Positions 25,965-37,676 of a stretch of 64,000 nucleotides of DNA are shown in pieces. Below the pieces are notes generated by a model. That model made no database searches and was not told where the DNA came from. It saw only the letters and a list, made by a program, of their open reading frames with translations. This stretch comes from Gekko japonicus (lineage: Eukaryota). The DNA lies in the NCBI RefSeq assembly GCF_001447785.1, contig NW_015163605.1, positions 274,787-338,786 on the forward strand, written 5' to 3'. Made by a program: the position numbers and the translations under genes. Position 1 is the first letter of the stretch; each line of letters begins with the position of its first letter.

Positions 25965-28905
25965 TCAAAACATGCCACCACCTAAAACAGCGCTGTATCA
26001 GACTGTTGTATTGCTACTGTGGAAGCAGATTCTCCTATAAAGTGCTTTATTAACAAAATATTATTTTAATTTAATTTTTTTTTCAGTCTTGCCATATGGA
26101 TCCACAAGATGCTTGGTTCACAACCAATCTTATGGAAACCAAGCGCATGATGAATAAGTAAAGCCTAAAATGTTTAAATTAGTGTGTGCATGCATGCACA
26201 TATGCACACATGCGCGCGCACACGCAAAACAACCACTAATGCAACAGGTTCATATTAAAAATAGCCATTGCTGTTCATAAGCTAACTGAAATAAAACATG
26301 TTTTCCAGTTTTCCTAAACGTGAAAACCCAAGCTGGCCTGCTGAGATTCTTTGGCAAGAGTCAATGACCAAGGAAATAAAAAGAGGTCACCACCCTGTCA
26401 GTTATGCCTTGCCAGCAGAATGTGAGGGGCAGCGTTTCAAATGCTTCCAGTTAGCTTGGCTTAACTGGGATCTGAGGGAATTCTTGGAAGATGATTAGTT
26501 GAAATTTAGGACAACCAGGCCAAGGGCCATCCTAAATGCATCCATGTATATTTATTTATTTGTCTACACATTTATATTTAAAGTAAAGCTTGGGGTGCTG
26601 TTTTGTTTTTTTTACAGAAAATTGAGCACAGAGGTGAGTGGAGCCAATGAGCTCACTCTTCACTTTGTTATGTCACATTGCTTTAAAGACTTTGACCTAG
26701 GCTGACTACAATACCAGAAAAGAACTCAGCTAGAAGAAAAGTGATGAAAGCAGCAGAAAACAGCATCATAATGCAAGGAGGAGAAGGGTTTCGCTACCTT
26801 TACCCAAGTGCACTGTTTTCTGGAGGGAAAAACAGACCTCAGCTTTATATGTGAATTAGCAGACATGACAACAAACACTTATTGGTTCCCCAAGATGTCT
26901 AGTTTGGCCCTTAACCTCCCACACAGTTCAGATGGAGTCACAGGTATCAGTTGTCAAGCAAAGGCCTATACCAAGAATGACCAACCAGCAGCTAGAGTTT
27001 CTGCCCCCCACTCCTGATCAGAAAGGCCTCGCTATGGAACACCATTAGGCACACCCTCTTGTTCACCTCACCTCTTCAAGTTCAACTGCTCCTTGCAAGC
27101 CCATTCAAACACTAAAAGGGCTATATATGTAATGTACCATGTGCAAGAGTGACACAGACTCATATAATGGGCATCTTCTTGTGGCCCACTTACCAACATG
27201 GTAAGACTATGTTTTATCACGGCACAATGGCAACCTTGGGGAGGGTGCTCAGTTTCTAGTTTTCTCCAGATTGCAGAATTCCTGTTCGACCAGGCAACAT
27301 ACACTTCTTTGGTTAGAGACAATAGTTTTCAAGAGAGCTGAAAGCAACACGAGAGTGATTCAACTAGCCATAGTGTACACACCTATTTCATTTGGCTCCC
27401 AGTTCATTCCTGTCAATTATGCTTGGAATTAAAATGTGCAGAAGTGGGTAAGAATACATATACTTCAAAAAAACCACCACTCTTTCACACTGCCCCTTTT
27501 AAACTCTCTGAAAGAAAATGACTGTCTCCAACCCTAGACAGGTAAACGTTGTGAGACTGAGGTTGATATAGGACCAATGGGGAGCAATTTCAGCCCTAAA
27601 GCTGTGGAGCATGTAATGCAAAGATCTGGTTGCTCTCCTTTTGGTCTGAATATCCTGAGAAAAAGTATTTGTTTATTTATTTAATATTGCTTTTTCACCT
27701 TTTTCACCATCATCACTGCCATGGAATAGGGTCTAACACAGGCTCTATGTCGTGTTTGATCAGTCTTTCTCTGACTTTTATGCCAGCGGTGCTCTAGCCA
27801 CCTTCTTATGAAAGAAATCTCTCTGTGTCTGAATAGCGGCATCAAACAACTGTCTTAATACTGTAAAAAATTATGAATGTTAAAATTTTCCTCAGTAAAA
27901 TCCAAAAGCTCTCAGTTATCTTGGTTTACATACAGTGTCTGATTAAATTCACCTTAATCTATTTTATTCCTAACTGGATCACTTCAGAATAAACTTAGTT
28001 TCAACCCTTCAACATTTCCACAAGTTTGTTACATACACTTCAGCTGCAGGAAGATAATTGCAACAACGTCCTTTTCTACACTGCTGGCCTTTTGCACTGC
28101 TGAAATGTGGGAATATGGAAAGTGGAAATATATATATAAAACACTATATCCACACTGAAACTCCACAATACTTGCTATAATTTTGTGCAGTTAAAAACGG
28201 CCATAGATAATTTCTTTTAAACGACAGAAGGACAACACAGTAAACACTAGAATGCAATGGTTTGACAGCAACGTTGTCTGATTCTGAACAAATGATGTCA
28301 GTTAAAGAAAAAACAACCCCAAACCCCTTTGTATGAAAGCAGCCTTAATAAGGGTTGGATCCCATTGAAAAGGTCCAAACATGTATGTATGGGTGTGATT
28401 TACACCAATGCTGTTCTCATCTAGCAGCATCTGTTTCCCCACCATGCACCTCCAGAGTTCCCCTGCCTTCCAGCATTTTGGAGCATTTCAGGAGATGGGA
28501 AGCAGGGAAGTTGAGCTTCTGCACACAGAAATTTTATATATGATCCAACTCCATATAAGTAATCAAATTGAATAGGTTTACATCATTATATACAAAGCAA
28601 TCACAGTTCATTTAGTAAATGCTTGTACTAATACCAAATATTGGGAGGATTCATGGGTACATTTGTTCTTTAGGAATCCCTTTCTTCTCCACTATGGAGA
28701 TTTCGGTAGCTACTCTGAAATTCTCACATTTCTCCCCTCAGGTTCCTAGGTTGAGCAAACAGCCAAACTTTTATACTGTGACAGGGTGGGAAACAGATAA
28801 CTAGGGTGGTTCAGTCACAGAAGAAAAGAAAAACGGAGGGAAAATCTTGCCTCTGACTCGGAGGGAAGTGGACGGGGTCGTCATAGCTGCATTTCAATAT
28901 TTTAC

Positions 28906-28944
28906 CTTATATAAAGAACAAACTGATGACAAGTCAAGGATCAT
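28906..28944 (-). CDS. RAPGEF4: Candidate alternative first coding exon of RAPGEF4 (MILDLSSVCSLYK), phase 0, in frame with exon 8
   Basis: ATG at 28944 with an in-frame TGA two codons upstream, 13 open codons, donor AAG|gtaaaa; lies in a stretch with no recognisable TE. Confidence 0.45.
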
Positions 28945-30379
28945 ATGTCAAGACAGACCTATTTGTCACCAGCTCCTCCACACTTTGCATGTAAAGAGTT
29001 TTTCAGTTTACTTTCCTTTCCCAATATGGCATTTGTTTCCAAACATTCATAGCCTTTGAAATAATATGGAACAGCCAATTCACTGACAGTGATACAGATG
29101 TGTAGTGGAAGTGGGGAGTGGGGAGAATTCTCAATCTCAATCACGTGGCAATTCACATCATACCATTGTGGTCAAGATCACCGTGTCCATATGTTCGAGG
29201 TCACTGGGCTTCAATCTTAGGCTTGTGACCTTCCGGTGGGTTGTGGAGCGTCATGAGATTGAATGTTTTTCCCAATACGTTCCCCCTCCCCAGCCTTGCC
29301 TCCCAGGATGCCAAAGAAACAGTTGGGTATATAAATATTTTATGTAATTTTTAAAATATGTTTTCTCACTTTCTCTGGTTCTACGGTTTTTCTACAAACC
29401 TGGGGGTTGCCTCAGGTTTGTAGACCGTCCCCCCAATCAGTACATGGCCCCACTGCAGATTTGTTGATCTATACTCTGTTCAGAATTGTGTGTGTGTGTG
29501 TGTGTAAAGTGCCACCAAGTCACAGCTGACTTATGGATATCCCATGGGGTTTCCAAGGCAAGAGACAAATGGAAGTGGTCTGCCATTGCCTCCCTCTCTG
29601 TAGCGACCCTGGAGTTTCTTGGTGATCTCCCATCCAAGTACTAACCAGGCTAGTCTTGTTGGTCAGCTGCAAGAAGGATGAGTGGGGCAAGGGGGGTAGC
29701 TTGGAAGGAGCAGGAAACTCTTGACCTCCTTGCATTTTGGGGTGAAGAGAGAATCCAGGAAGCCCTGCGATCCTCTCACAGGAATTATAACTCTTATAAG
29801 AGGATTTCAGAAGAGACGTCCAGGCGTGGCCATAAGTAGACACCTGAGGAATGCTGCACAAAAACAAAAATGTTGCGACTTGAGTAAAAAATGACTGGTA
29901 TCTCATAATTCACAATCTGGTAATTCACCAGCCAGGTATCCGGTTTACAGGGAGTTACACAGCACCCTGAAAGGAGAAGATAGTGTGAAGCCCAAGAGAA
30001 GCCCAAGAGATTGGCACACAACATCACCTTCGAAGATGATGAGCCAGCCTTTTGTTCATCGTAAGGTGTTTTCCCAAGAACTGTTTTGTGATGAGGCTCC
30101 AACGACAGTGAACTTGGAGGACATCTTCCCAAATGTTCCTGGCAAGTTATGCATGCATTTCTCAACTGTGGTAGCATTCTGGAGGGTTGTTTGTTTGCCT
30201 GTTTGTCTTTTCTGACAGATTATTAAACCACAGCTGCTGCATCATTAGCACACTGTCATTTATTGCACAGCATATCATATCTGGTGTTAGTAGATGTTTC
30301 ACAGGTTGTCATGATGGAAAGTAAAGTAGCTTCTGAAGTCTAATGTGATGTAAGTAAATAAATATATAGTCCTATGAAG

Positions 30380-30500
30380 ATAGATCCAGGTGGGTTGCCG
30401 TGTTAGTCTGAAGCAGCAGAACAAATTTTGATTCCAGCGGTATACCCAAAATTAAACTTTATTGGTCTTAAAGGTGCCACTGGACTCAAATGTTGTTCTA
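30380..30500. mobile_element. Penelope-like terminal remnant
   Basis: gatccaggtggg...gtgttagtctgaagcag and ttggtcttaaaggtgccactggactc, shared with the 20845 and 34360 copies. Confidence 0.6.
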
Positions 30501-32267
30501 TATAGTCCAATGACATGCTGCCTTTCTGGATTCTCACTCTTCCAAGCAAGCCCCCCTTGAACCCACTCATCCTTCTCGCAGTTGACCAACAAGACTAGCC
30601 TCACTTCAACCCACAAAAACAAGGAGTTTGCCTCCCTCAGATATATCCTGCGATCCACTTGCCAACAAGCTACTTGCCAGCCAACTGCATCTGGGCATGG
30701 ATGGGCTGCATGGTTGGGTGAACTTCAGGATGTTTGCTACAGACACCTTCTAAGGTTAGCAATGCCAATCACACCAATCACTGATGCCCTGAGCACCCGC
30801 TGCCAGGTCAGCTACTTCTCTCCTTATGTTTCCAGGTAACAACAGCCGCAATCTCATTGTCTCAATATAAGCACTTGAGATTCCTTGAATCAATGGAGTG
30901 AAGGCATCTCAATGGTGCCACTATTGCACTGAAGTGCTATATAAGTTTAGCACTATAGTGCTCAATTTACAACATTCCAAAAAAAAAAAAGTCCAAGGAA
31001 GATCACACAGTGAAAAAGGACAAGAAGAAAGTGGCCTTGTAGGAAGCACTATGGACATTTTAAACAACACACCACAGTGATTCAGAAGTGCAATGAAGGG
31101 GTAGAAAAAGGAAGAAAGCTGTTTCCCTCAAAAGCAGCTCAACCACCCTTTGCTAACCCAACACAAGCGGGTTTGTAAATTCCGCTAGCAGCCAGTTACT
31201 AAAACAGGTCTGTCTGAAATGACAGGAAAAAATCCATTAGCAACCAGTTACTAAAACGGAATACAAAGGCAGTTTGAAAAGGGCAAAATCAAGTGTCCGT
31301 TGTGATGTCTCCAAGGTTAGTAAAGGTTAAAAAGATGCATTAAGCCTCTCGGAGAAAGCAGAATAGACACAAGGGCAGTGGCAGACAAAAATAAGGAAGA
31401 ATAAACTGTTTTCTTATGCAGCAGCTTTTTTAATGCTCCAGTGTTAGGCTTGGAAGCGAAAGGGAAGGTTCCTGCATTTTTTTTCTCTTCAAGGACTGAT
31501 AGTAACTGTGGGGTGGGAGGGGGGTGATAAGCAAAACTTCATGGAGTGAAAGGGTAAAACCTCCGCACTTCTCCAGATTAGAGCTCCACATGGCCGCTAT
31601 TTCCATCAAACAATACTGGGAAGCCCAGCATGATACCTCATTTGTCTCTAATGTGAATAAAATGTGCCGAAGGCATTACGTCTTATGATCCGACACTGAA
31701 GTCTTACTTTGCAAGTATACTGATTCTCTGGCCTACAGAAACAGGAAATGAGCACACCATTCAAGAGCCTCCCCCCTCTAAAATGTAAAAATCGTAAAAT
31801 AAAAAGACAAGCTACACAGATTAACCCAGACACATTCCTATCCCTGCCAAATAAGCTACCGAGAAAAATGCATTATTAATTATAACATAAATTTTGTTAC
31901 GGAAGAAAATAAATGGTTATAAAGGCCTCTGAATTTAAAATGGAAGTGAATATTCTAAGGAATTATGCCACCGAATGCTCTAATGGGATCACTGGAGAAT
32001 ATTAATAGTCATTTGGCTGGATTTACTTTTTTTCTGTTTAAAACTTTGCATTTATTGCAAACGCATTTCATGTGCTGGATAATTTGCTAGCATTCCATGA
32101 CAGTCACTTAGACCTAATGTAAATATAAATGGCATGATTGCTTGTGGTCACATTGTGCAAATGTTCTTCTACTGCTACCTGTGATAGCAGCAACTTCAAC
32201 CAACATAGTTGAAGTTTTTACCCAAAAAGCAGTTGCTGTGAGAAGTGTACAGACTATAATATTTTAC

Positions 32268-32307
32268 AGATCCCCTGATGAAGCTCATGCGAAACGTGTA
32301 GGGGTCT
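32268..32307 (+). ncRNA. Minimal type I hammerhead ribozyme motif (Penelope-like), core intact
   Basis: AGAUCCC-CUGAUGA-A-GC(UCAU)GC-GAAA-CGUG-UA-GGGGUCU: 7-bp stem I, conserved boxes, GUA cleavage triplet. Confidence 0.65.
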
Positions 32308-32606
32308 TAGAGCAAATTAAAATTTATTCTTCCACCGCACCAATTGTCTTCTGTTGTTTGCTTAATTTTTTTCACTGACAATGCTGCATTCTCCATTGAA
32401 CTGGGGGGGATCACTAACATGACATCAAGAAACCGTACGCTCAGAGGTCTGCCATAGGATGGGGAAATGAGGAAAAATTACCTCCCATTAACAAAAATGG
32501 TTGACAGGCTCCAAACCTTTTAAATTAATGTTTCCACAAACCCATTTTACATGTTGGGATTCCCTTCTTCCCACTCCCAAGATTAGCGAAAGAAAATGTG
32601 ATTTAC

Positions 32607-32671
32607 CTTGCTGCAGTGTTTTGAGATTGAACACAGACTGCTACTAGACATATTATCCTTGTCAGGCATCC
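32607..32671 (-). CDS. RAPGEF4: RAPGEF4 coding exon (exon 6, extended 65-nt form), (R)MPDKDNMSSSSLCSISKHCSK
   Basis: Acceptor ttccttgtag|GG completes the AGG codon begun in exon 5. MPDKDN matches human IPDKEN. Frame stays open to a phase-0 donor AAG|gtaaat. Confidence 0.9.
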
Positions 32672-33255
32672 CTACAAGGAAATATGGAATGTGTCAGAAT
32701 AAGACTGCTTGGGGATAAAATTTGCTATCAAAGATGATTCATTCATAGAACTCACATCAGAGATAGGCCTACATAAGGATCCCTGCTATTCCAAAAAGAA
32801 CTTTCTAGATTTCCCCACCCCCCCAAAGATATCCTTTCACCTTCACTTTAACTTTCCACGAGGATTTCTCCAGCACCCTATAATGTTAAATCTTGGGCTC
32901 TCTTTTGTATATATGAAAAATTGGGATACCTTTAAATTAAGCGGGTATTTAATAAAACAGATAAATATTGCCTCACAACCACAAAATAAGAAATGTGCCT
33001 TTCTTGTGCCACAGCTCAAAAAAACCCCATTGCATTCATGGCTGAGAATGGTATGAAATGTGAGAGCCAAACTTTGACCATCATAGAAGATCCATGATCG
33101 CGCAAGGGCCTCAGGCATGGGTGTCGGAGAGACTCCCAAACCTTTTCTCCTTTGTGGCATTTTTCCCAGTGCAAACAGACACATCTGTACATTTCTCCTC
33201 AGACAGCAAACAGCAGTCTGCAGGAGATTATTTGAATCAGGACAATGGTATAGGG

Positions 33256-33755
33256 CAGGGGTGGCCAAATAGGGTTGCCAAGTGGCACTTACCTTGCCGG
33301 CGGGGGACTCCCGTGTGGATCCCGGCGCGTGCGGGGAAGTGACGTCATGACGCCGGGCACACTGGGGGCAGGGCCACGACCATACAAGGGAAAACCATAG
33401 AGTTTCCCCTTGTATGGCCGTGGCCTGCCCCCAGCGTGCCCCGTGTCATAACGTCACTTCCCTGTGACGTGCACGCTGGGGCAGGGTTCCCCCCGGGGCC
33501 CAATTCCCCAGCATCGGGGAACGGGCCTCTGGGGGGGGTCCGCCCCCCGGGGGAACTTGGCAGCCCTATGGCCAAACTTGCTTAACATAACAGCTACATA
33601 GAATAAACATCAGATGTTTGAGAGCCGCAAGACATGAACAAATATTACACACATGTTTTTATTGAAAAATATGCATATTTGTTTTTTATTAACATTAAAA
33701 GAGACTGTGTGAAAGAGCCACATGCGGCTCCCGAGCTGTAATTCGGCCACCCCTG
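33256..33755. mobile_element. hAT MITE carrying a nested MITE
   Basis: TIRs caggggtggccaaa / ttcggccacccctg; perfect TSD gtataggg. Confidence 0.9.
33270..33568. mobile_element. Young CpG-rich hAT MITE (TAGGGTTGCCA termini)
   Basis: TIRs tagggttgccaagt / acttggcagcccta; perfect TSD tggccaaa. Confidence 0.92.
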
Positions 33756-34248
33756 GTATAGGGGAAGAGGTTAAACATTTTGTATCTCATTCTCCAATAT
33801 GAATTGGGCCCCGGTGTGTTACTTTTACCCTTTTAAAAAATCAACTTGTCCTGATCATGGATTTCCCTCACTATCAACCATTTGAGTCTTAGACTTGGCT
33901 TTGTATCTTTCTGAGCATGAATGCAGCAGGTGACACCTCTGATAAAATCTGCAGCACTCTTGGCTGGTTGACTTTCACCACATTTCCAATGCAAATCTGG
34001 CCCTATACCACTGCTTTTAAAACCACATCAACAAAACTGGGGGATCTCACCCCTGTTGTGAGTAGCGTTTGTCCCAGGATCCTACAGAACCAGGTGGTAG
34101 TGGTGGTGGGACTGCTGTTGTGGGACTTGGATGGGCTGAAGAGAAGCAAGGAAGGGATAGACCAAAGAAGCCATGCTCCCCAGGGCAGAAAGCCAGAAAA
34201 ACTCTGGTGGATCCAAGCCATAGACTTTCAAAACTTAATTATACTTAC

Positions 34249-34321
34249 TGTCATTGTTGGAGCTAGTTTCCATAACACCATAAGGAGGAGCCAGAAGTCC
34301 TGACATATATTGACGATATTT
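34249..34321 (-). CDS. RAPGEF4: RAPGEF4/Epac2 coding exon (mammalian exon 5), [24 protein letters not shown](R)
   Basis: 73 nt; acceptor ccccag|AAA, donor GAC A|gtaagt. Translation matches recalled human [25 protein letters not shown]. Phase 0 in, phase 1 out. Confidence 0.97.
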
Positions 34322-34358
34322 CTGGGGACAACAGAAAATAATAGATGTCACTTTGATT

Positions 34359-34450
34359 GAACAAACTTAGAGTCCAGTGGCACCTTTAAGACCAACAAGG
34401 GTTTATTCAAGGTATGAGCTTCCGTGTGCATGCACACTTTTTCAAATACA
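34359..34450 (-). mobile_element. Penelope-like terminal remnant just upstream of the exon 5 acceptor
   Basis: gagtccagtggcacctttaagaccaac...gtatgagcttccgtgtgcatgcacac. Confidence 0.65.
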
Positions 34451-35491
34451 ATGGAAGGTTCAAACTTATAGATGAGCAGAACAGCAAATTAACATGAAAC
34501 ATGATGATGTTTTATGATATGTGAGAACAGAATTAAATAACAAGCTAAGGTTATAAGGTCAACAGTTGTAAAGCAATAAATATGTCAAAATAAGTCTGAG
34601 ATTCTCCATTCACTCCCAGAGCTTGGAGGTCACTAACTCTGGAGCCTTATATGATTTCACAGTACACACTACTATTTTTGCAAAAGTTCATTCCTATCTC
34701 TGTGTTCTCAAAAACTACCACATCATGATTTCATTACATACTTCTGTTTTGCAAATCACAGTCCATCTACATTTCCCCTGTGAAAACAGTGTGTTGGATC
34801 CTATGAATTCCCTCCTACCAAACATGATCCTATGAGTATCTCCTGCTAAGCATTCCTTCAAGGCTCTCCTCCAATGGAGAATGACTTTTTCTGATGGAAA
34901 AGGCTTCCTCTGATAGTTTGTCTTTGTTGAAAGAAGTCCTTCTCTGTTGGAGGAGGGAACCTCAGGACCCAGCTTAAAGGAAAGGAGTCCTGTTCCTGTT
35001 AAAAAAACTCAAGCACCTATGTGCCAAAGCACAAGGGCAAATAAAAAGTCCCAAATTTTTTAATATTAAAAAACAAATAAAATCTTTAAAAAATTAAAAA
35101 TTCAGTCACCAGGTTTACACTATACATACAGACTCCTAACTTTAAGATCAGAAAGAATAAATTTAACTACATAGAGCGTAACTCCCTTATCGCTACCAGC
35201 CAAGAGAATAAAAGGTGATAATCATATGAACAGACAGGAAACTTGGCAACAAGGGGTGTTATAAAGCAATAAGTCACAGGGAGGGGAAAACAAATTTGAC
35301 CCAAAAATTGGAATCAAGAACCACAAGGGTAAGAAAGAAGTCTGATAAAGGGCCAATATTAAAAACCTAGTTGAAACTTATAAAATACAAACATACATGG
35401 ATTTATTAGAAAGACAGTTAAAAACATATAAGGGCCCAATGAAAGCCTCGTTAAAACGTTTAAGTGGCCAAAACACAAGGGCCAATATACA

Positions 35492-35536
35492 TGACCTGAT
35501 GCGTTTCCGCCCTATTGGGGCCTTATTCAGAGGTCA
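35492..35536 (-). ncRNA. Degenerate hammerhead motif in probable Penelope-like remnant
   Basis: UGACCU-CUGAAUA-AGGCCCCAAUAGGGCG-GAAA-CGCA-UC-AGGUCA; perfect 6-bp stem I, G8>U. Confidence 0.5.
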
Positions 35537-35639
35537 AACAGTATTGAGGTACACATAACAATAATGCATATTACAATAAGATAACCAATAAGTTAATACT
35601 GGACCAAGAAAAGGAAGGTTAAGCAGCAAGATCTATTGA

Positions 35640-35861
35640 CACAAGACAAAGATGTTTGTGAGTCCTCTAAAGATGAAAGTCATGTGTCTGGTGCCAAATG
35701 CACAGCTGCTGAATTAGAACATCTTCCAATTTAGGTCCAAAAAGCACCTGTGTGGCTATCTTAGTCAGAGCTAGAGTGTCCTCAAGCAAAGAGCAGTGCA
35801 TTTAGCACCAGACACATGACTTTCATCTTTAGAGGCCTCACAAAAAATCTTTGTCTTGTGT
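35640..35861. repeat. Inverted repeat, ~70-bp arms with an ~85-bp loop
   Basis: cacaagacaaagat...tctaaagatgaaagtcatgtgtctggtgc vs gcaccagacacatgactttcatctttagagg...ctttgtcttgtg. Confidence 0.9.
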
Positions 35862-37575
35862 TATAAAGCAAGTCTGTTGAGTGGAATATAAACCACAACT
35901 AAAGAAAAAAGTTAGCTAGTGATTCAATGTCTGCTCTTCTGCATGGAGAGGATATCTGGGCTAGAAGGGCTCCAGCATGATGGCCCACTGTTTCTGCCAA
36001 AGGTAGCGTGTTTGCTCAGGCTAAAAAGAAAAGCTGATGATATATTGGGACTGTAAAAAAGTTAAAATATTGTCGTTGGACAGGAAATAAAGGGGTTGAA
36101 AAGCCCCAATAAAGTGCAGAACAAAGTATTTTAGCATCCTGGTTAGTTCTATCCTTAACAATTCAAAGGTTTTCTAACACCATGGATATCCAAAGAAGAG
36201 GACAGTAAAGCTATTTCAGTACGGAAATGGAACCATAAGTTTCAAATTCAATCCAATGTGATGCTGGCACTCGGGGGGGGTGAAGTACATGCAGGTACAA
36301 CACTTGCAAAGAGTTTGCTTGGAATTAAATTGAAAACTAGTGCCATCTTATGTTGCAGAGAGGTAAAAGCTATTAAACAAGATCTAGTGCCAGTAACAAT
36401 ACATTGGTTTTCTGTCTTGTTTCATGTAACTGGATAGGACACATTATCTCAGTTTAGGGATGAGATTTTTATTTTAGTGAAAGGTATAGACAGAGATTTG
36501 CCACAGCTCAATTACTAACAGTAGATAATGACGCACAGTTTGTGGAAAGACTTCTCTGAACCTCTGTATTGATGCAATGTACAGTAAATCGCCGTAATTG
36601 TAAATGGTATCATCTCCTTGATACAGCTCACCAGTGAGTGCTTGTGCAGAGCAGACATAATCAATAGATCCCTCAGCTTATGTAATTTTCCATCTAGTAT
36701 TTCAGTCATATCCCAGTCACTGGGGAAAGACAGAATAAAGCGAAACAAAGGCAACATTCTTCTGAGTTCATCTAAATCTCTGCTCATCTGCTAAGGTGTT
36801 GATAAATCATATTGTACTGTTGCCATATTAATGAACATACAAATTTACCTTGTTTCATTTTAATAGGTTTGTACAAAATAGAACATAGCCAAACAGAGCT
36901 CTAACGTTATGTAATTCTCTGTCTAGTATTTCATTCATATCCCAGTAATTGAGGATTACAAAAAAGCCCAAAACCTAGCTGATGATTTCAACTAAGCAGG
37001 CATAATCATTTAACCATAAAACCTCACTCACAATGTAGTTGGAATGAAAAAATATTATCTTTTGAATTCACAGCAGGAGGTATTCATGTAAGCCATAATC
37101 CAGACACAGAAAATATTTCTAGAGGTTTCTTATCACTAGGATTGCCAAGTCTTAATGACGTGCCAGCAGGGGATGGGAGGGAGCCTTCTGGGAGTGGGGC
37201 GGCATCTGCCCCAAATAGCAACTTCCCCAATATGACGATGTCACATGGAAGTGACATCATCACGTTGGGCACGTTGCACAGTGATGGTCTGGTTTGATGG
37301 CCAAACTCTATGGTAAAATCGCCCTTAAACCATAGAGTTTTGCCCAAAAACCAGTATCATGCAATATCCTCAGTGTGATGACATCACTTCTGTGTGACAT
37401 CATGCTGTTTGGGGGTGGGTTTCCCCTGTCGACCAACTGCCTGGTGGCGGACAGAAGGCTCCAAAAGCAGGGGATTCCCCCACCCCCGCTTAGGGAATGG
37501 GAATCCTGCTTAGCACTACCATTCACACTAGAAGATCCTGGGGTGCAAATTCCCTATGTCTAGCAGCTTAATTTA

Positions 37576-37640
37576 GCCCTGACGTGGATAGCCCAGGATA
37601 GCCTGATCTCATCAGATCTCAGAAACTAAGCAGAGTTAGC

Positions 37641-37676
<36 letters not shown>

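Noticed and set aside
26182-26226. Alternating purine-pyrimidine tract with Z-DNA potential
   Set aside because: Ordinary degenerate microsatellite with no evidence of function.
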